A stretch of 64,000 nucleotides of DNA from an uncultured Desulfobulbaceae bacterium. GTDB lineage: Bacteria > Desulfobacterota > Desulfobulbia > Desulfobulbales > BM004. The notes under the pieces are model-generated. The model ran no database searches. It was not told the DNA's origin and saw nothing but the letters and a program-made list of their open reading frames with translations. A program made the translations under genes and the position numbers. Location: positions 88,079 through 152,078 of the forward strand of contig CAMYKS010000006.1 of the NCBI GenBank assembly GCA_947259115.1. Direction: 5' to 3'. This document shows, in pieces, positions 1 through 10,915 of the stretch (its first letter is position 1; every line of letters starts with the position of its first letter).

Positions 1-1
1 G

Positions 2-820
2 TCAAATATCGGCTTTTCCCATGAAAGCCTCAAAATCTATGACAGCTTTGCCCATGCGCCCCATGGCATCATCCTGGTTACAGGGCCCACGGGCAGCGGT
101 AAATCAACGACGCTTTACTCGACCCTGAAATATATTGCCACCCCGGAGAAAAACATCGTCACAGTGGAAGACCCCATTGAAATGGTGCATGAGGATTTCA
201 ACCAGATAGCGGTGCAGCCGACAATCGATGTTACCTTTGCCACGATTTTGCGCAATATTCTGCGCCAGGACCCTGATATTATCATGATCGGTGAAATCAG
301 GGACCTGGATACGGCCCGTTATGCGATCCAGGCGGCCCTTACCGGCCACCTTGTTTTTTCCACCCTGCATACCAACGACGCCATTTCCGCCATTACACGC
401 CTGGTGGATCTCGGGGTGCAGCCGTTTATGATCAGCTCGACACTGCTTGGCGCCATGGCCCAGCGGCTGGTGCGCAAGATCTGTCCCCACTGCACAGAAA
501 AGTTCAGCATCAAGGGGCAGGAGCTGCGCGGCTTCGGGTTTCCGGCCGCCAGGGATGAATATACCCTGCAGCGGGGCGAGGGGTGTAAAGAGTGCAGGGG
601 TACTGGCTATTTGGGGCGCTGCGGCATCTTTGAAATTTATTCCATGTCGGACAGGCTGAAAAAGATGGTAACCGCCAATGAGTCCAGCGCCGAACTGGTT
701 AAGGTTGCCAAACAGGAAGGCATGAAGACCCTGCGGGAGGATGCCTGGGACAAGGTGCTGCAGGGGGTCACAACCTACCAGGAAGTTATGCGGGTAACAG
801 GCGAGGAAAGTACGGGCTGA
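2..820 (+). CDS. PilB/GspE-family type II/IV secretion ATPase, C-terminal part (5' truncated by window edge)
   Basis: Open frame from nt 2 includes Walker [13 protein letters not shown], then [27 protein letters not shown] and CxxC...CxxC zinc motif. Confidence 0.92.
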   Translation, partial: SNIGFSHESLKIYDSFAHAPHGIILVTGPTGSGKSTTLYSTLKYIATPEKNIVTVEDPIEMVHEDFNQIAVQPTIDVTFATILRNILRQDPDIIMIGEIRDLDTARYAIQAALTGHLVFSTLHTNDAISAITRLVDLGVQPFMISSTLLGAMAQRLVRKICPHCTEKFSIKGQELRGFGFPAARDEYTLQRGEGCKECRGTGYLGRCGIFEIYSMSDRLKKMVTANESSAELVKVAKQEGMKTLREDAWDKVLQGVTTYQEVMRVTGEESTG

Positions 821-868
821 CAGGGTTGTGCAACTGCCCTTAACCATTGCGTATAATAATAGAAAACG

Positions 869-1321
869 GTGTCAAAGAAAATTGTCTGTACAAATAAGAA
901 AGCCTACCATGACTATTCCATTGAGGCGACCATAGAAGCAGGTGTTGTGCTGACCGGCCCTGAGGTTAAATCGCTCAGGGGAGGCAGGGCGAATCTGCGT
1001 GACGGCTATGCCTCAATCGACAGGGACGAGGTCTGGCTCCATAACGTCCATATTTCACCCTATTCCCACGCTACCAACATACAGGCAGACCCGTTACGGA
1101 CGCGAAAACTGCTGCTCAATAGACGGGAAATAAAAAAGCTGACAGGCAAGGTAAAAGAAAAAGGATTTGCTTTAATCCCTACCAAGATATACTTTATACC
1201 CAGTGGGAAAATAAAAATAGAGATTGGACTGGCCCGCGGCAAGAAAATGTACGACAAGCGGGCTGATCTCAAAAAGAAGCAAAGCGACAGGGAAGTTGAA
1301 AGAGAATATAAGATTAGATAG
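869..1321 (+). CDS. smpB: SsrA-binding protein SmpB
   Basis: [30 protein letters not shown] and GKKMYDKR motifs; directly upstream of tmRNA. Confidence 0.98.
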   Translation: MSKKIVCTNKKAYHDYSIEATIEAGVVLTGPEVKSLRGGRANLRDGYASIDRDEVWLHNVHISPYSHATNIQADPLRTRKLLLNRREIKKLTGKVKEKGFALIPTKIYFIPSGKIKIEIGLARGKKMYDKRADLKKKQSDREVEREYKIR

Positions 1322-1386
1322 TTTTTTGCTTTAATTCCATACTACTAATTTTCAATCTTCAATTTCTCAAATCTGAAATTAAATTG

Positions 1387-1742
1387 GGGGGCGAAACGGA
1401 TTCGACGGGGATATAGAAGCTCAAAGTAGCATGCCGAGGTCTGTCTGCTCGTTAAACAGATGGAAAACTTATAATCGCCGACGATTATAATTACGCTGTA
1501 GCAGCATAGTTCTGCTTAGCCGTCCTCCTGGTTGCTCCCGTGCAATCAGAACAGGGCGTCGACTACACGGGATAGTTTCTGAGATGCGCCTGCCAGATCA
1601 GAAGCGAAATTTTAGCAGGATAGTGCTGCAGAAAGCTCGTTCCAGGGAATTCTGCAGGGCGATAGCCTAAACTGGAACTAAGCATGTAGAAACTTGAGGG
1701 GAGTATTTTCGGACGCGGGTTCGACTCCCGCCGCCTCCACCA
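1387..1742 (+). ncRNA. ssrA: tmRNA; tag reading frame 1477-1509 encodes (A)DDYNYAVAA*
   Basis: 5' GGGGGCGAAACGGATTCGAC pairs with 3' CGCCTCCACCA (G3:U70 wobble); T-arm GGTTCGACTCC; tag ends in AA-stop; follows smpB. Confidence 0.97.
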
Positions 1743-1836
1743 GCCTTCGCTAAAGCTACGGCTGGCAAGCCACAAAGCTTGTCACCGTAGCTTTTGTTAT
1801 AAGAAGGCTGCCCGCCGAAGCCTTGGCGAAGGAGGG
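1741..1836. repeat. REP-like imperfect inverted repeats between ssrA and the GIY-YIG gene
   Basis: CAGCCTTCGCTAAAGCTACGG is complementary to CCGTAGCTTT...GAAGGCTG and imperfectly to CCGAAGCCTTGGCGAAGG. Confidence 0.7.
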
Positions 1837-1914
1837 CCACAAATCTTGCCCATAATCAGTGACCTAGCCAGTAAATTCACGGGCAGAACGATATTTAAAT
1901 CCTGAGGAGATTAT

Positions 1915-2160
1915 ATGAAATATGTATATCTTCTCCAAAGCCTGGCAGCTCCCACTCAAAGATATGTCGGCCTGACTGACAATCTCGAACAACGTCTCGC
2001 TGCCCACAATTCTGGTCAATCCAGCCACACAGCCAAATTTCGTCCCTGGAAATTGGTCTGCTATCTGGTATTTGTTGATGAATCCAAGGCGGTCTCTTTT
2101 GAAAAATTTTTGAAATCAGGCTCTGGCCGCGCCTTCGCTCAAAAGCGGCTGTGGCCCTGA
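1915..2160 (+). CDS. Small stand-alone GIY-YIG nuclease family protein
   Basis: YVYLL...RYVGLT..LEQRL..HN..G motif; C-terminal FEKFLKSGSGR; RBS GAGGAG upstream. Confidence 0.9.
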   Translation: MKYVYLLQSLAAPTQRYVGLTDNLEQRLAAHNSGQSSHTAKFRPWKLVCYLVFVDESKAVSFEKFLKSGSGRAFAQKRLWP

Positions 2161-2333
2161 TTATTTTCAATGATCTTCCTCCAGCCAATCCATTCCTTCG
2201 TTATTATTGACAATTTGGGTTCATGATACATTTATCTTGACGCGCGACACTAAAGCGTGACATAATGGTGTCGTGCAATTGTCGTGCTTTCCTGCAGGCA
2301 CCTTCATTGTTAAATCACAAAGGAATAAAGTTT

Positions 2334-3746
2334 ATGTCGCGCTTAATACCTGCTGAAGAACTGGAGCTGATCGAAAGGGTGATTGCAGAACACCCGGAGG
2401 GTATCGGGATCTCAGCGCTTGCGAAAGCCCTGGCTGGCTATCTACCCAATCTGCAGCGTCGGACCCTACAGCGCCGTTTGAAGAAGCTTCAGGAGGAAGG
2501 GCGGATCATCACCGAGGGTGAAAGCATTGCCCTGGTCTATAAAAAGGTTCCCCGCGTGATCCATGCAGAGATTGTCGGAAAAATAGGTCTCTCGGATAAA
2601 ATAGGGACAGAGCCATATATTCCGGTATCAAAAGAGGGGCGCATTATCCGCGACCTGTTCCGTGGGCCGCTGACGGAACGAAAGCCGGTGGGCTATCAGC
2701 GCACCTTCCTGGAAGAGTATGAGCCGGGAGTTACTTTCTATCTTCCCAGGTCATTGCGAGAGCAATTACATGAAATCGGCCGCACCTCTGCGGTTGAAAG
2801 GCCTGCCGGTACGTATGCCCGGCAAATTTTAAACCGGCTGCTGATCGATCTTTCATGGGCTTCTTCCCAGTTGGAAGGAAACACGTATAACAGGCTAGAC
2901 ACGCAGAATCTGATCGAGTTCGGCCAGGCGGCGGAAGGCAAGGATATCCTGGAAACCCAGATGATCCTGAATCACAAGGCGGCCATCGAAATGCTCATCG
3001 AAGCGGCGGACCAGGTGGGTTTCAACTCCTTCACCTTTCTCAACCTGCATGCCCTGCTATCGGAAAACCTGCTGGCGGATGAGAAGGCCTGCGGCCGACT
3101 GCGTCACAGGCCGGTCGATATCAGCGGCTCGGTCTTTCATCCGCCCGCCCTGCCCCAGGTCCTGGAAGAGTGCTTTCGTCTGTTGCTGGAAAAAGCCGAA
3201 GCCATTCCCGATCCCTTTGAACAGGCCTTTTTCGTCATGGTACAGCTGCCGTATCTGCAGCCTTTCGAAGATGTCAACAAGCGTGTTTCTCGTCTGGGGG
3301 CCAATATCCCCCTTATCCAGCACAACCTCTGCCCGCTGTCCTTCATCGATGTCCCGGAACAGGCCTATGTGGACGGCACTCTGGGAGTGTACGAATTCAA
3401 TCAGGTTGACCTGCTGCGTGATGTCTTTACCTGGGCCTACGAGCGTTCATGTCAGAGATATCTGGCGATCACCCAGAATGTGGCCGAGCCTGATCCGCTG
3501 CGTATCCGTTACCGGGAACCTCTGACCCGGGCGGTTCAGGCAATTGTCCGGGGCCGGAAGACAGCTTCTGAAAGAAATATTACCCGACTGGCAGATGAAC
3601 TGGTTCCTGAAAACGACCGGGAAGCCTTCGGAAAAATGGTAAGGGAGGCCCTGGAGAACCTGCACGAGGGAAGCGTGGCCAGATACAGGCTGAAACTGTC
3701 TGAATTTCAGGAATGGAAAAAATTCAGGGAAACGGAGGAAAAATAA
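2334..3746 (+). CDS. Fic/DOC family protein with N-terminal HTH-like region (ORF extends to 2265; ATG at 2334 more likely)
   Basis: SWASSQLEGN pre-Fic motif and variant Fic motif QPFEDVNKRVSR. Confidence 0.85.
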   Translation: MSRLIPAEELELIERVIAEHPEGIGISALAKALAGYLPNLQRRTLQRRLKKLQEEGRIITEGESIALVYKKVPRVIHAEIVGKIGLSDKIGTEPYIPVSKEGRIIRDLFRGPLTERKPVGYQRTFLEEYEPGVTFYLPRSLREQLHEIGRTSAVERPAGTYARQILNRLLIDLSWASSQLEGNTYNRLDTQNLIEFGQAAEGKDILETQMILNHKAAIEMLIEAADQVGFNSFTFLNLHALLSENLLADEKACGRLRHRPVDISGSVFHPPALPQVLEECFRLLLEKAEAIPDPFEQAFFVMVQLPYLQPFEDVNKRVSRLGANIPLIQHNLCPLSFIDVPEQAYVDGTLGVYEFNQVDLLRDVFTWAYERSCQRYLAITQNVAEPDPLRIRYREPLTRAVQAIVRGRKTASERNITRLADELVPENDREAFGKMVREALENLHEGSVARYRLKLSEFQEWKKFRETEEK

Positions 3747-4013
3747 CCTACATCTTGGTTGAATCCAGATGGCCGGTGGCTCGGTGAAGAAAAAATATTG
3801 ATGCAGTCCCCATACAGCCCCCGGAAATAACATTTTTCCACCTAACGAGCTGGAGACACTACTCCAACGTAGACTGTTAGGTACACTTTGATCAACAAAA
3901 ACCACTTTATAATGCTGGCCAGCAATTTTTTTTTTATCAACCTTTATATTCCCCGGATTCTGTCCGGCTCTTAGCTGTATGATTACAAAGAAAAATTAAC
4001 AACTAAGTATTTT

Positions 4014-4090
4014 TATTTGCACTGCCAGTTATAATCCAACTAAGTGGAAACAAAACAACATATTCAGGTGGTCCCCAAACAGCCCCCGAC
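4014..4090 (+). repeat. Copy 1 of a ~75-bp diverged direct repeat (copy 2 at 10351-10425)
   Basis: TATTTGCACTGCCAGTTATAATCCAACTAAGTGGAAACAAAACAACA...GTCCCCAAACAG aligns with 10351-10425. Confidence 0.75.
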
Positions 4091-4114
4091 CTAATTCCTT
4101 GCTGTTTTATTCAA

Positions 4115-5668
4115 TTGATGGCATTTTTGAAAAAAACGAAACGCCCAATAACTACTATTTCTGCAAGTTTTTTGGCTTACAGGAACACTCAATCGATTAG
4201 CATTATGGGATTAATCTGCTATGGAAATAGCGTGCGTGGACTGAGCAAAACCTCTCTTAACTGGCTTTGGATAATCGGGGTCGGTGCAATCCTGGTGGGG
4301 TGTCATGTGCCCAGAGGGGTCACCGAGCCGTCGTTTGAGGAGACCCCGCCGTTTCGGATGTCGGGAACGGAAGCCATCGGCGAGTTTTGGTGGACCGCCT
4401 TTGGGGATACATCTTTGGATCAGCAGGTGCGGGAGGCGCTGGAGGGTAGCCTCACTTTGAGGGCTGCCCGGGAGCGCGTGCGAGCGGCCAATGCCTTGGC
4501 ACGGCGGGAGGCGTCTGCATTGTATCCTGAACTGGAGGGAACGGCCGGCGCCAGCTACAGTAAAACGGATGGCACCGAAGGCGTGGAGAATTATGAACTC
4601 GGGCTGGAGGTCGGTTATGAAGTCGATCTGTGGAGCCGCATCGATTCACTGGTGGAGGCCGAGCAGTTGCGTGGAAGGGCGGCGGAGGAAGCGTATCATG
4701 CAGCGGCGCTCAGTCTTTCAGCGCAGGTGACCATCGTCTGGTTGCAGTTTGTGGAGGCGTTGCGGCAGAAGGATTTGTTAACTCAGCAGATCGAGACCAA
4801 CCAGAAGATTGCGAGAATCCTGGAAGTACGGTTTTCCAGCGGCCAAATTGGAAGCGCCGACGTGCTCCGCCAGCGGCAGTTGATCGAGTCGACACGCGAA
4901 CAACTCTATGTGGTGGAATCGCGAATTGGACTGCAGTGGCACCAGTTGCAACTTTTGAAGGGCAAAGCCCCCCAGGAACCCCGGGTCGTAACGGAGGCGG
5001 GATTGCCCGCCCTGCCGCCGTTGCCGCACACCGGATTGCCCAGCGCCCTGGTGCGAAGGCGTCCTGACCTGCGACAGGCCTTTTACGAGCTCAAGGCCAT
5101 GGATGCCGATCTGGCCGCAGCCGTGGCTGACCAGTACCCGCGACTCAACCTGTTCGCCTCGATTTCCACCGCCGCGGAGTCTCCGGCGAATTTGCTCGAT
5201 AACTGGGTGGCTTCAGTGGCCGGGCAGATCGCAGCGCCTCTGTTCGACGGCGGTCAGCGGCGTGCGGAAGTGGATAGCCGGGAAGCTCTCCTTCGTGAGG
5301 AGGCGGCGAACTATATGCAGACCACTCTGGAAGCGTTTGGGGAAGTGGAAGACGCACTCCTGCGTGAGGCGCAGCAGCACCGCATCGTGAAGAGTCTGGA
5401 GCGTCAGTCAAGCCTCAACGGGGTGACCTTTAAGCAGTTGCGGGTGCAGTATATTAATGGGGCCTCGGATTATCTCTCTGTTCTCTTAAATTTAATCGAA
5501 GGCCAGCGCTTGCAGCGTGATCTCCTGGCGGCCAAACGGGAGCTGTTGGAAATTCGCGTTGCACTCTACCGCTCCCTGGCCGGCGGAATCAAACCTTTAG
5601 CGGAACTCACTTTAGACCCTTTATCAGAAACATCGGAGTTTATCCCCCTTGTGGGGACAAAAGCGTAG
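4115..5668 (+). CDS. RND efflux outer-membrane factor lipoprotein (TolC/NodT family); true start probably downstream of 4115
   Basis: Lipobox LVGC, WWTAFGDTSL, YEVDLW, RRPDLRQA and LYRSLAGG motifs. Confidence 0.9.
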   Translation: MMAFLKKTKRPITTISASFLAYRNTQSISIMGLICYGNSVRGLSKTSLNWLWIIGVGAILVGCHVPRGVTEPSFEETPPFRMSGTEAIGEFWWTAFGDTSLDQQVREALEGSLTLRAARERVRAANALARREASALYPELEGTAGASYSKTDGTEGVENYELGLEVGYEVDLWSRIDSLVEAEQLRGRAAEEAYHAAALSLSAQVTIVWLQFVEALRQKDLLTQQIETNQKIARILEVRFSSGQIGSADVLRQRQLIESTREQLYVVESRIGLQWHQLQLLKGKAPQEPRVVTEAGLPALPPLPHTGLPSALVRRRPDLRQAFYELKAMDADLAAAVADQYPRLNLFASISTAAESPANLLDNWVASVAGQIAAPLFDGGQRRAEVDSREALLREEAANYMQTTLEAFGEVEDALLREAQQHRIVKSLERQSSLNGVTFKQLRVQYINGASDYLSVLLNLIEGQRLQRDLLAAKRELLEIRVALYRSLAGGIKPLAELTLDPLSETSEFIPLVGTKA

Positions 5669-5786
5669 ATGTTGCCTCATGGTAAGTAAACAGCTCATGG
5701 CCTCCAGAATAATAAAGGGTCTTATCCAGGACCGTTAAAAATTCCAGTTTATCTGGGTTAAATGTATCCCGCAAATAAAACAGATT

Positions 5787-6998
5787 ATGTCAGAAAGCAA
5801 AGAAGATCGCTCCGGTAAAGCAAAACACATCGTCCGCACCCTTGCTATCTGTGCAACCATCGTGTTGGCGGCAATGGGCATCATTTACCTGATCCACGCC
5901 ACCGAACCGAGCGCACAAAAGTCCGGTGCAACCCGAAAAAGTGCGGCCCTGGTGGAGGTGATCTACCCGAAGCGCGGTAACTACCGCCCCGATATTAAGG
6001 CGCTGGGAACCGTGGAGCCGGCCCGGGAAATCCAGCTGAGCCCACAGGTCAGCGGGCAGATTATTTCCATGGCGGAGGGATTTATTCCCGGCGGATTCGT
6101 TAACAAAGGTGAAATGCTGCTGGAAGTTGATCCGGCAGACTACCGCAACAATCTGGCCATGCGCCAGAGCGAACTGCATCAGGCCCAGGCCGAGCGCGAA
6201 CAGGAGCTGGGACAACAACGGGCAGCCCAACAGGAGTTTGCCCTGCTGGGCGAGGAAATCGAAGAGGCCAACCGGGCCCTGATTCTGCGCGAACCACAAA
6301 TTCGCAGTGCCGAAGCCCGTGTCGAGTCTGCCCAGGCGGAATTGGACATGGCCAACCTGGACCTCAGCCGCACCCGTATACACGCTCCATTCGACGCCCA
6401 GATTCTCTCGCGCAGCGTCAACCTCGGTTCGCAGGTCTCGCCGGGAAACTCGCTGGCGCGGCTGGTTGGTATTGATGAATACTGGATCATCGCGTCCGTC
6501 TCGCAGGCTGATTTACAGTGGATCCAACTCCCCATGGCAGGCGAGCGCGGGGCTCCGGTGAAGATTACCAAGGCGGGGGCCTGGGGCGAAGGCGTTTCTC
6601 GTAAAGGTGAAGTTAAACGACTCATTGGCCTACTGGATACTGAAACGCGCCTGGCCCGTCTGCTCATTACCATCCAGGATCCGCTGGCCCGCCAAACCGA
6701 AGGGCCGGCGTTGCTGTTGGGTACGATAGTGGAAGCCCATATCGCGGCCCGCCGGCTGGAAGGCGTTTTCCGGCTGGAGCGCGACTATTTGCGCCGCAAT
6801 GATACGGTTTGGATTTTTAATGAAGAGAAGCTCGATATTCGCGAGGTCGATGTAGTTTTCCGGGATCTGCACTACGTTTACATTCGGGACGGATTTGAAG
6901 AAGGCGAAGCTGTGGTAACGACCAACCTGGCCACCATTGCGGCAGGCATTTCCCTGCGCGTTGAGGACGGAACCACTCAAACCCGAGAAGATCCATGA
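5787..6998 (+). CDS. RND efflux periplasmic adaptor (membrane fusion protein)
   Basis: N-terminal TM segment; [22 protein letters not shown] and TRIHAPFDA lipoyl-like motifs around a coiled coil. Confidence 0.92.
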   Translation: MSESKEDRSGKAKHIVRTLAICATIVLAAMGIIYLIHATEPSAQKSGATRKSAALVEVIYPKRGNYRPDIKALGTVEPAREIQLSPQVSGQIISMAEGFIPGGFVNKGEMLLEVDPADYRNNLAMRQSELHQAQAEREQELGQQRAAQQEFALLGEEIEEANRALILREPQIRSAEARVESAQAELDMANLDLSRTRIHAPFDAQILSRSVNLGSQVSPGNSLARLVGIDEYWIIASVSQADLQWIQLPMAGERGAPVKITKAGAWGEGVSRKGEVKRLIGLLDTETRLARLLITIQDPLARQTEGPALLLGTIVEAHIAARRLEGVFRLERDYLRRNDTVWIFNEEKLDIREVDVVFRDLHYVYIRDGFEEGEAVVTTNLATIAAGISLRVEDGTTQTREDP

Positions 6999-9900
6999 GT
7001 GCGCTGCAAGGCAAACCGGGCGAAGGCACCATTGGATGGATGGCGCGCAATTCCATTGCGGCTAATCTGATGATGGTGATTTTGCTGGCTGGAGGCCTTT
7101 TTTTTGCAATTAACATGCAAAAGGAAGTTTTTCCGGAATTTGAACTGGATATTGTCACGGTTAATGTTGGGTATCCCGGGGCCGCACCCAGTGAAGTAGA
7201 GCAGGGGATTTTGCTGCCCGTTGAAGAGGCTATCGAAGGTGTGGATGGGATCCGCGAAATCACGTCATCGGCCCGCGAGGGAAGGGGCTCCGTCACCGTT
7301 GAATTGGTGAGCGGGGCAGACCGGATGAAGGTTTTTCAGGATATTGATCAGGCGGTGAACCGGATCCGCACCTTTCCGGATGATATCGACGAACCCGATG
7401 TAGAACTCCGTTCAAGGCAGCGTGAAGTCATGGAATTGGTGCTTTACGGGTCAGTGGACAGCTGGACGCTTCGCAAACTGGGCGAACGGCTGCGCGACCA
7501 GCTTCGGGCCAATGACAAGATTACCCAGGTTTCGCTCGGGCGGACGCTTGATTACGTTACCCATGTGGAAATCTCCAGCGACCGCCTGCGGGAATACGGG
7601 TTGACGCTTATTGATGTTGCGAGGACCATCAAGGCATCGAGTGAGGATATTGCGGCGGGTACTGTGGAAACCGGTTCCGGGGAAATCCTCCTGCGCATGA
7701 ACGAGCGCAAGCAGTTCGCCGAGGAGTTTGGCGGAATCGAAATCATTCCCAGCGAATTCGGATCGTCGATCACACTGGCCGATATCGCCACGATTCGGGA
7801 TGGTTTTGAAGAGACCGGCTATCCCTCGCGCTTCAATGGACAGCCCTCCATACAGGTTGAAGTCTACCGGGTGGGAGACCAGTCGCCGCTGGTAATTGCC
7901 GAGGCTGTGGAAAAGGAAATGGCCGCCTTCGAGACGGGTTTGCCACCGGGTGTCCAGTGGCGCATCGACAGCAATGATGCCGAGGAATTTCGCCGACGCC
8001 TTAATTTGGTGGTGAAAAACGGACTGATGGCAACGGCGATTGTCCTGTTTATTCTCGCTCTTTTCCTGGAGCTGAGGCTGGCTTTCTGGGTGATGATGGG
8101 CATGGTTATCTCGTTCTTTGGAGGAATACTGTTCATACCGGTGGTGGACATCAGCCTGAACATGATCACCCTGTTCGGTTTTCTCATCGTACTGGGGATC
8201 GTAGTGGACGATGCAGTGGTGATTGGTGAAAATGTTTACGAGCACCGACAACAGGGTGAAGATGCCCTGCCGGCGGCCATCCGGGGAGCGAAAGAAATGG
8301 CAGTACCCGTCATCTTCAGTATTTTGACCAACATCGTGGCCTTCATCCCACTCATGATGATTCCCGGAGAGACCGGAAAATTCTGGTATCCGCTTCCCGT
8401 CGTAGTGGTAATCATTTTAGCGGTATCGCTTTTTGAAGCGCTCTATATTTTGCCCTGCCACCTTGCACACCAGAACCGGGTGCGGGTTTCGCGGAGAGGC
8501 GTAAACTTTTTATTACACGAGCAGCAACAAAAATTTACCAATGCGTTTAACAATTTTGTAAATACCAAATACCGCTGGTTTCTGGATAAAGCCCTGAAGC
8601 TCCGTTATGTGACCCTGACCATCGCGGTTGCGCTTTTTGCCATCGCCATGAATTATTCAACCAGCGCGCACATGGGAATGATTTTGATGCCCGAGATAGC
8701 GGCAGATGAAATAGAAGCCGGCGTGCGCTTGCCGGTGGGGGTTACGCCGGACAAAGCGGCTGAGATTGCCAACAGCGTCACCGAATCCACTTTGCGTATG
8801 TTTAAGGAACACGGCCTGAAAACCACCGCAGAAGGCGTGAAAACTAACGTGCGGGGTGGCAGTTTTGTCGATGTGGAGATCGTCATGCTGCCTCCGGACG
8901 CCGCTGAACTGACGGCCAACGAGGTCATTGACCTTTGGCGGAAGGAAATCGGGGATCTGCCGGGAGTGACCCAAATCACCTTTGAAACGGAATCGGGCCC
9001 AGGGGGTTGGCGGCAGGACATCAGCATCGACCTCAGTCACAACAACATCGAAGTGCTGGCCAAAGCGACCAAAGCGATGGTAGCTATTGCGGAGTCCTAC
9101 GACAATACGCGGGATGTGAGCGATAATTACCGTCATGGGAAAAAACAACTCGATTTTCGTTTGCTCCCGGAAGGACGCGCTTTGGGATTGACCCCTGAAT
9201 ACGTGGGTGAACAGTTACGATCCTCATTTTACGGAGCACTGGCCATCCGGCTGCTGCGCGGCACAAACGAAGTTGAGGTGCGGGTGAAACTGCCAAAGGA
9301 AGAGCGCAAAGACATTTACCATCTTGAGGACCTGATCATACAAACGCCGGATGGCAGCGAGGTCCCGCTCCTGGAAGTGGTTGACATGCAGCCCAGCGAA
9401 GCATTTACCTCAATCAATCGCCGCAATGGCCGGCGCATCGTCAATGTTTCCATGGATGTGGAGCCCAAACGCGCGGTTACCCAGGTGATCCGCAAACTCA
9501 ACGAAGTAGAGTTGCCGGCGCTGCGGGCCGATTATCCCGGCCTTACCTGGAGCTTCGAAGGCAGCGACGCCGAAATGCGGCGGGCCACCAACAAACTCTG
9601 GGTGGGCTACGGATTTGCCCTATTCGCCATCTACGCCCTGCTGGCCATCGCCTTCCGCAGCTACCTGCAACCCTTGATCGTGCTCAGCGCCATTCCTTTT
9701 GGGATCATTGGAGCGGTGATCGGGCACATCCTGCTGGGCTACGATATATCGTTGATCAGTTTGATGGGTGTGATAGCCCTCTCCGGGGTGGTGGTGAACG
9801 ACTCCCTAATCATGGTCTATTTCGCCAATAATAAACGCAAAGATACCAGTGCCTATGATGCCATCCATCAGGCAGGCCTGCGGCGTTTTCGTCCCATCTT

Positions 9901-10099
9901 CCTGACCACCGCTACCACCTTCGGCGGCCTAACCCCCATCATTCTCGAAACCTCCCTCCAGGCACAATATCTTATCCCCATGGCTATTTCGCTGGGCTTC
10001 GGCATTGTTTTCTCCACCGCGATCATCCTGGTTCTGGTTCCCGCCCTTTACTTGATTCTAGAGGATATTAAAGGAGTGTTTCGCGACGCAAGGCATTAG
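6995..10099 (+). CDS. RND efflux permease (AcrB/AcrD/AcrF family)
   Basis: 1034 aa; [23 protein letters not shown] and RFRPIFLT motifs; ATGA overlap with the adaptor gene. Confidence 0.95.
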   Translation: MSALQGKPGEGTIGWMARNSIAANLMMVILLAGGLFFAINMQKEVFPEFELDIVTVNVGYPGAAPSEVEQGILLPVEEAIEGVDGIREITSSAREGRGSVTVELVSGADRMKVFQDIDQAVNRIRTFPDDIDEPDVELRSRQREVMELVLYGSVDSWTLRKLGERLRDQLRANDKITQVSLGRTLDYVTHVEISSDRLREYGLTLIDVARTIKASSEDIAAGTVETGSGEILLRMNERKQFAEEFGGIEIIPSEFGSSITLADIATIRDGFEETGYPSRFNGQPSIQVEVYRVGDQSPLVIAEAVEKEMAAFETGLPPGVQWRIDSNDAEEFRRRLNLVVKNGLMATAIVLFILALFLELRLAFWVMMGMVISFFGGILFIPVVDISLNMITLFGFLIVLGIVVDDAVVIGENVYEHRQQGEDALPAAIRGAKEMAVPVIFSILTNIVAFIPLMMIPGETGKFWYPLPVVVVIILAVSLFEALYILPCHLAHQNRVRVSRRGVNFLLHEQQQKFTNAFNNFVNTKYRWFLDKALKLRYVTLTIAVALFAIAMNYSTSAHMGMILMPEIAADEIEAGVRLPVGVTPDKAAEIANSVTESTLRMFKEHGLKTTAEGVKTNVRGGSFVDVEIVMLPPDAAELTANEVIDLWRKEIGDLPGVTQITFETESGPGGWRQDISIDLSHNNIEVLAKATKAMVAIAESYDNTRDVSDNYRHGKKQLDFRLLPEGRALGLTPEYVGEQLRSSFYGALAIRLLRGTNEVEVRVKLPKEERKDIYHLEDLIIQTPDGSEVPLLEVVDMQPSEAFTSINRRNGRRIVNVSMDVEPKRAVTQVIRKLNEVELPALRADYPGLTWSFEGSDAEMRRATNKLWVGYGFALFAIYALLAIAFRSYLQPLIVLSAIPFGIIGAVIGHILLGYDISLISLMGVIALSGVVVNDSLIMVYFANNKRKDTSAYDAIHQAGLRRFRPIFLTTATTFGGLTPIILETSLQAQYLIPMAISLGFGIVFSTAIILVLVPALYLILEDIKGVFRDARH

Positions 10100-10350
10100 C
10101 CCAGTATCGTTCCGTCGTGTAATTTTGGGAAAAAATCATGACTTGTAAAATGTGGATATCTTCAATGAGGAAATCTTTACTGCCGATTTAAATCAAATGG
10201 GAACCATGACAAAATCAAAAGGATTTGAAAGACATATTTTTCCCGAGATGCCTATAAATTATCATATCGATGTTCTCTGATTCAGTCAGTACTAAATGGG
10301 GTGCTGATTTGACAGTAATCTTCAGGAATTATCGGTGGCCTATTTGTTTC

Positions 10351-10425
10351 TATTTGCATTGCAGTTATAGCCCAACTAGGTGGAGGCAAAACAACAATTG
10401 TGGTAGTCCCCAAACAGTCTCCGAA
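10351..10425 (+). repeat. Copy 2 of the ~75-bp diverged direct repeat, adjacent to the att site
   Basis: TATTTGCATTGCAGTTATAGCCCAACTAGGTGGAGGCAAAACAACA...GTCCCCAAACAG. Confidence 0.75.
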
Positions 10426-10476
10426 ACAAATAATATTTCAGCTAACAATTTGAATATATAAGAAAAATTATTTTTT

Positions 10477-10505
10477 GGACGAGGGTTCGACTCCCGCCTC
10501 CACCA
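10477..10505 (+). repeat. attR-like duplicated 3' fragment of ssrA
   Basis: GGACGAGGGTTCGACTCCCGCCTCCACCA versus ssrA 1711-1742 GGACGCGGGTTCGACTCCCGCCGCCTCCACCA (1 mismatch, 3-nt deletion). Confidence 0.88.
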
Positions 10506-10517
10506 TTTTGTTAACTA

Positions 10518-10576
10518 AAGGTCACAGCTTGATAGTAGCCACTCTTAGGGGTACTCTTCAGGCGTGACTTTTTTTA
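10518..10576 (+). terminator. Probable intrinsic terminator (possibly the displaced original ssrA terminator)
   Basis: AGGTCACAGCTTGA...TCAGGCGTGACT stem followed by a T run, immediately after attR. Confidence 0.5.
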
Positions 10577-10648
10577 TTCATTTCTGCCTTTCCATCCTGG
10601 GTGAAATGCAGGATGAAAAAAGCGGTGGAATAAAGCTGGAAACTCCTG

Positions 10649-10915
10649 CTAGCCCGAATATTTCATGAACAATTTTGAAAAACTAGTTTAAGTATCTGTT
10701 TTTGTGAATTAAATTTTATATTTCCAGTATATTTATGCGGTTACACTTTGTACCAAGTGACTGAATAGATTTTTTTTAAAAAAACTCTTCACCCTTCGGG
10801 CAAGCCGATACATCCGTATAGCCTTCAGTGTTAGGCGTTTCGCATACTAAAGTATAGCTCAAACGACTTACACTTTGTCTATCCGGCGTCTCGACTCGTG
10901 AAAAATTCGGGCTAG
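10649..10915. mobile_element. MITE-like non-autonomous element with ~20-bp terminal inverted repeats
   Basis: Left end CTAGCCCGAATATTTCATGA; right end TCGTGAAAAATTCGGGCTAG (reverse complement CTAGCCCGAATTTTTCACGA); no transposase inside. Confidence 0.75.

Larger units (their letters stand above)
1743..10505. mobile_element. Genomic island or remnant integrated at the ssrA 3' end; no integrase gene present
   Basis: Duplicated, damaged ssrA 3' end at 10477-10505; accessory cargo (GIY-YIG, Fic, RND efflux). Confidence 0.8.

Noticed and set aside
104-847. 247-aa minus-strand ORF and similar long antisense ORFs (e.g. 7451-8251, 16294-17004, 57775-58557)
   Set aside because: Shadow frames of well-supported genes on the opposite strand, with no recognisable motifs
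10477-10505. Possible tRNA gene
   Set aside because: Only a T-arm/acceptor 3' fragment with a deletion; it matches the ssrA end and has no 5' half
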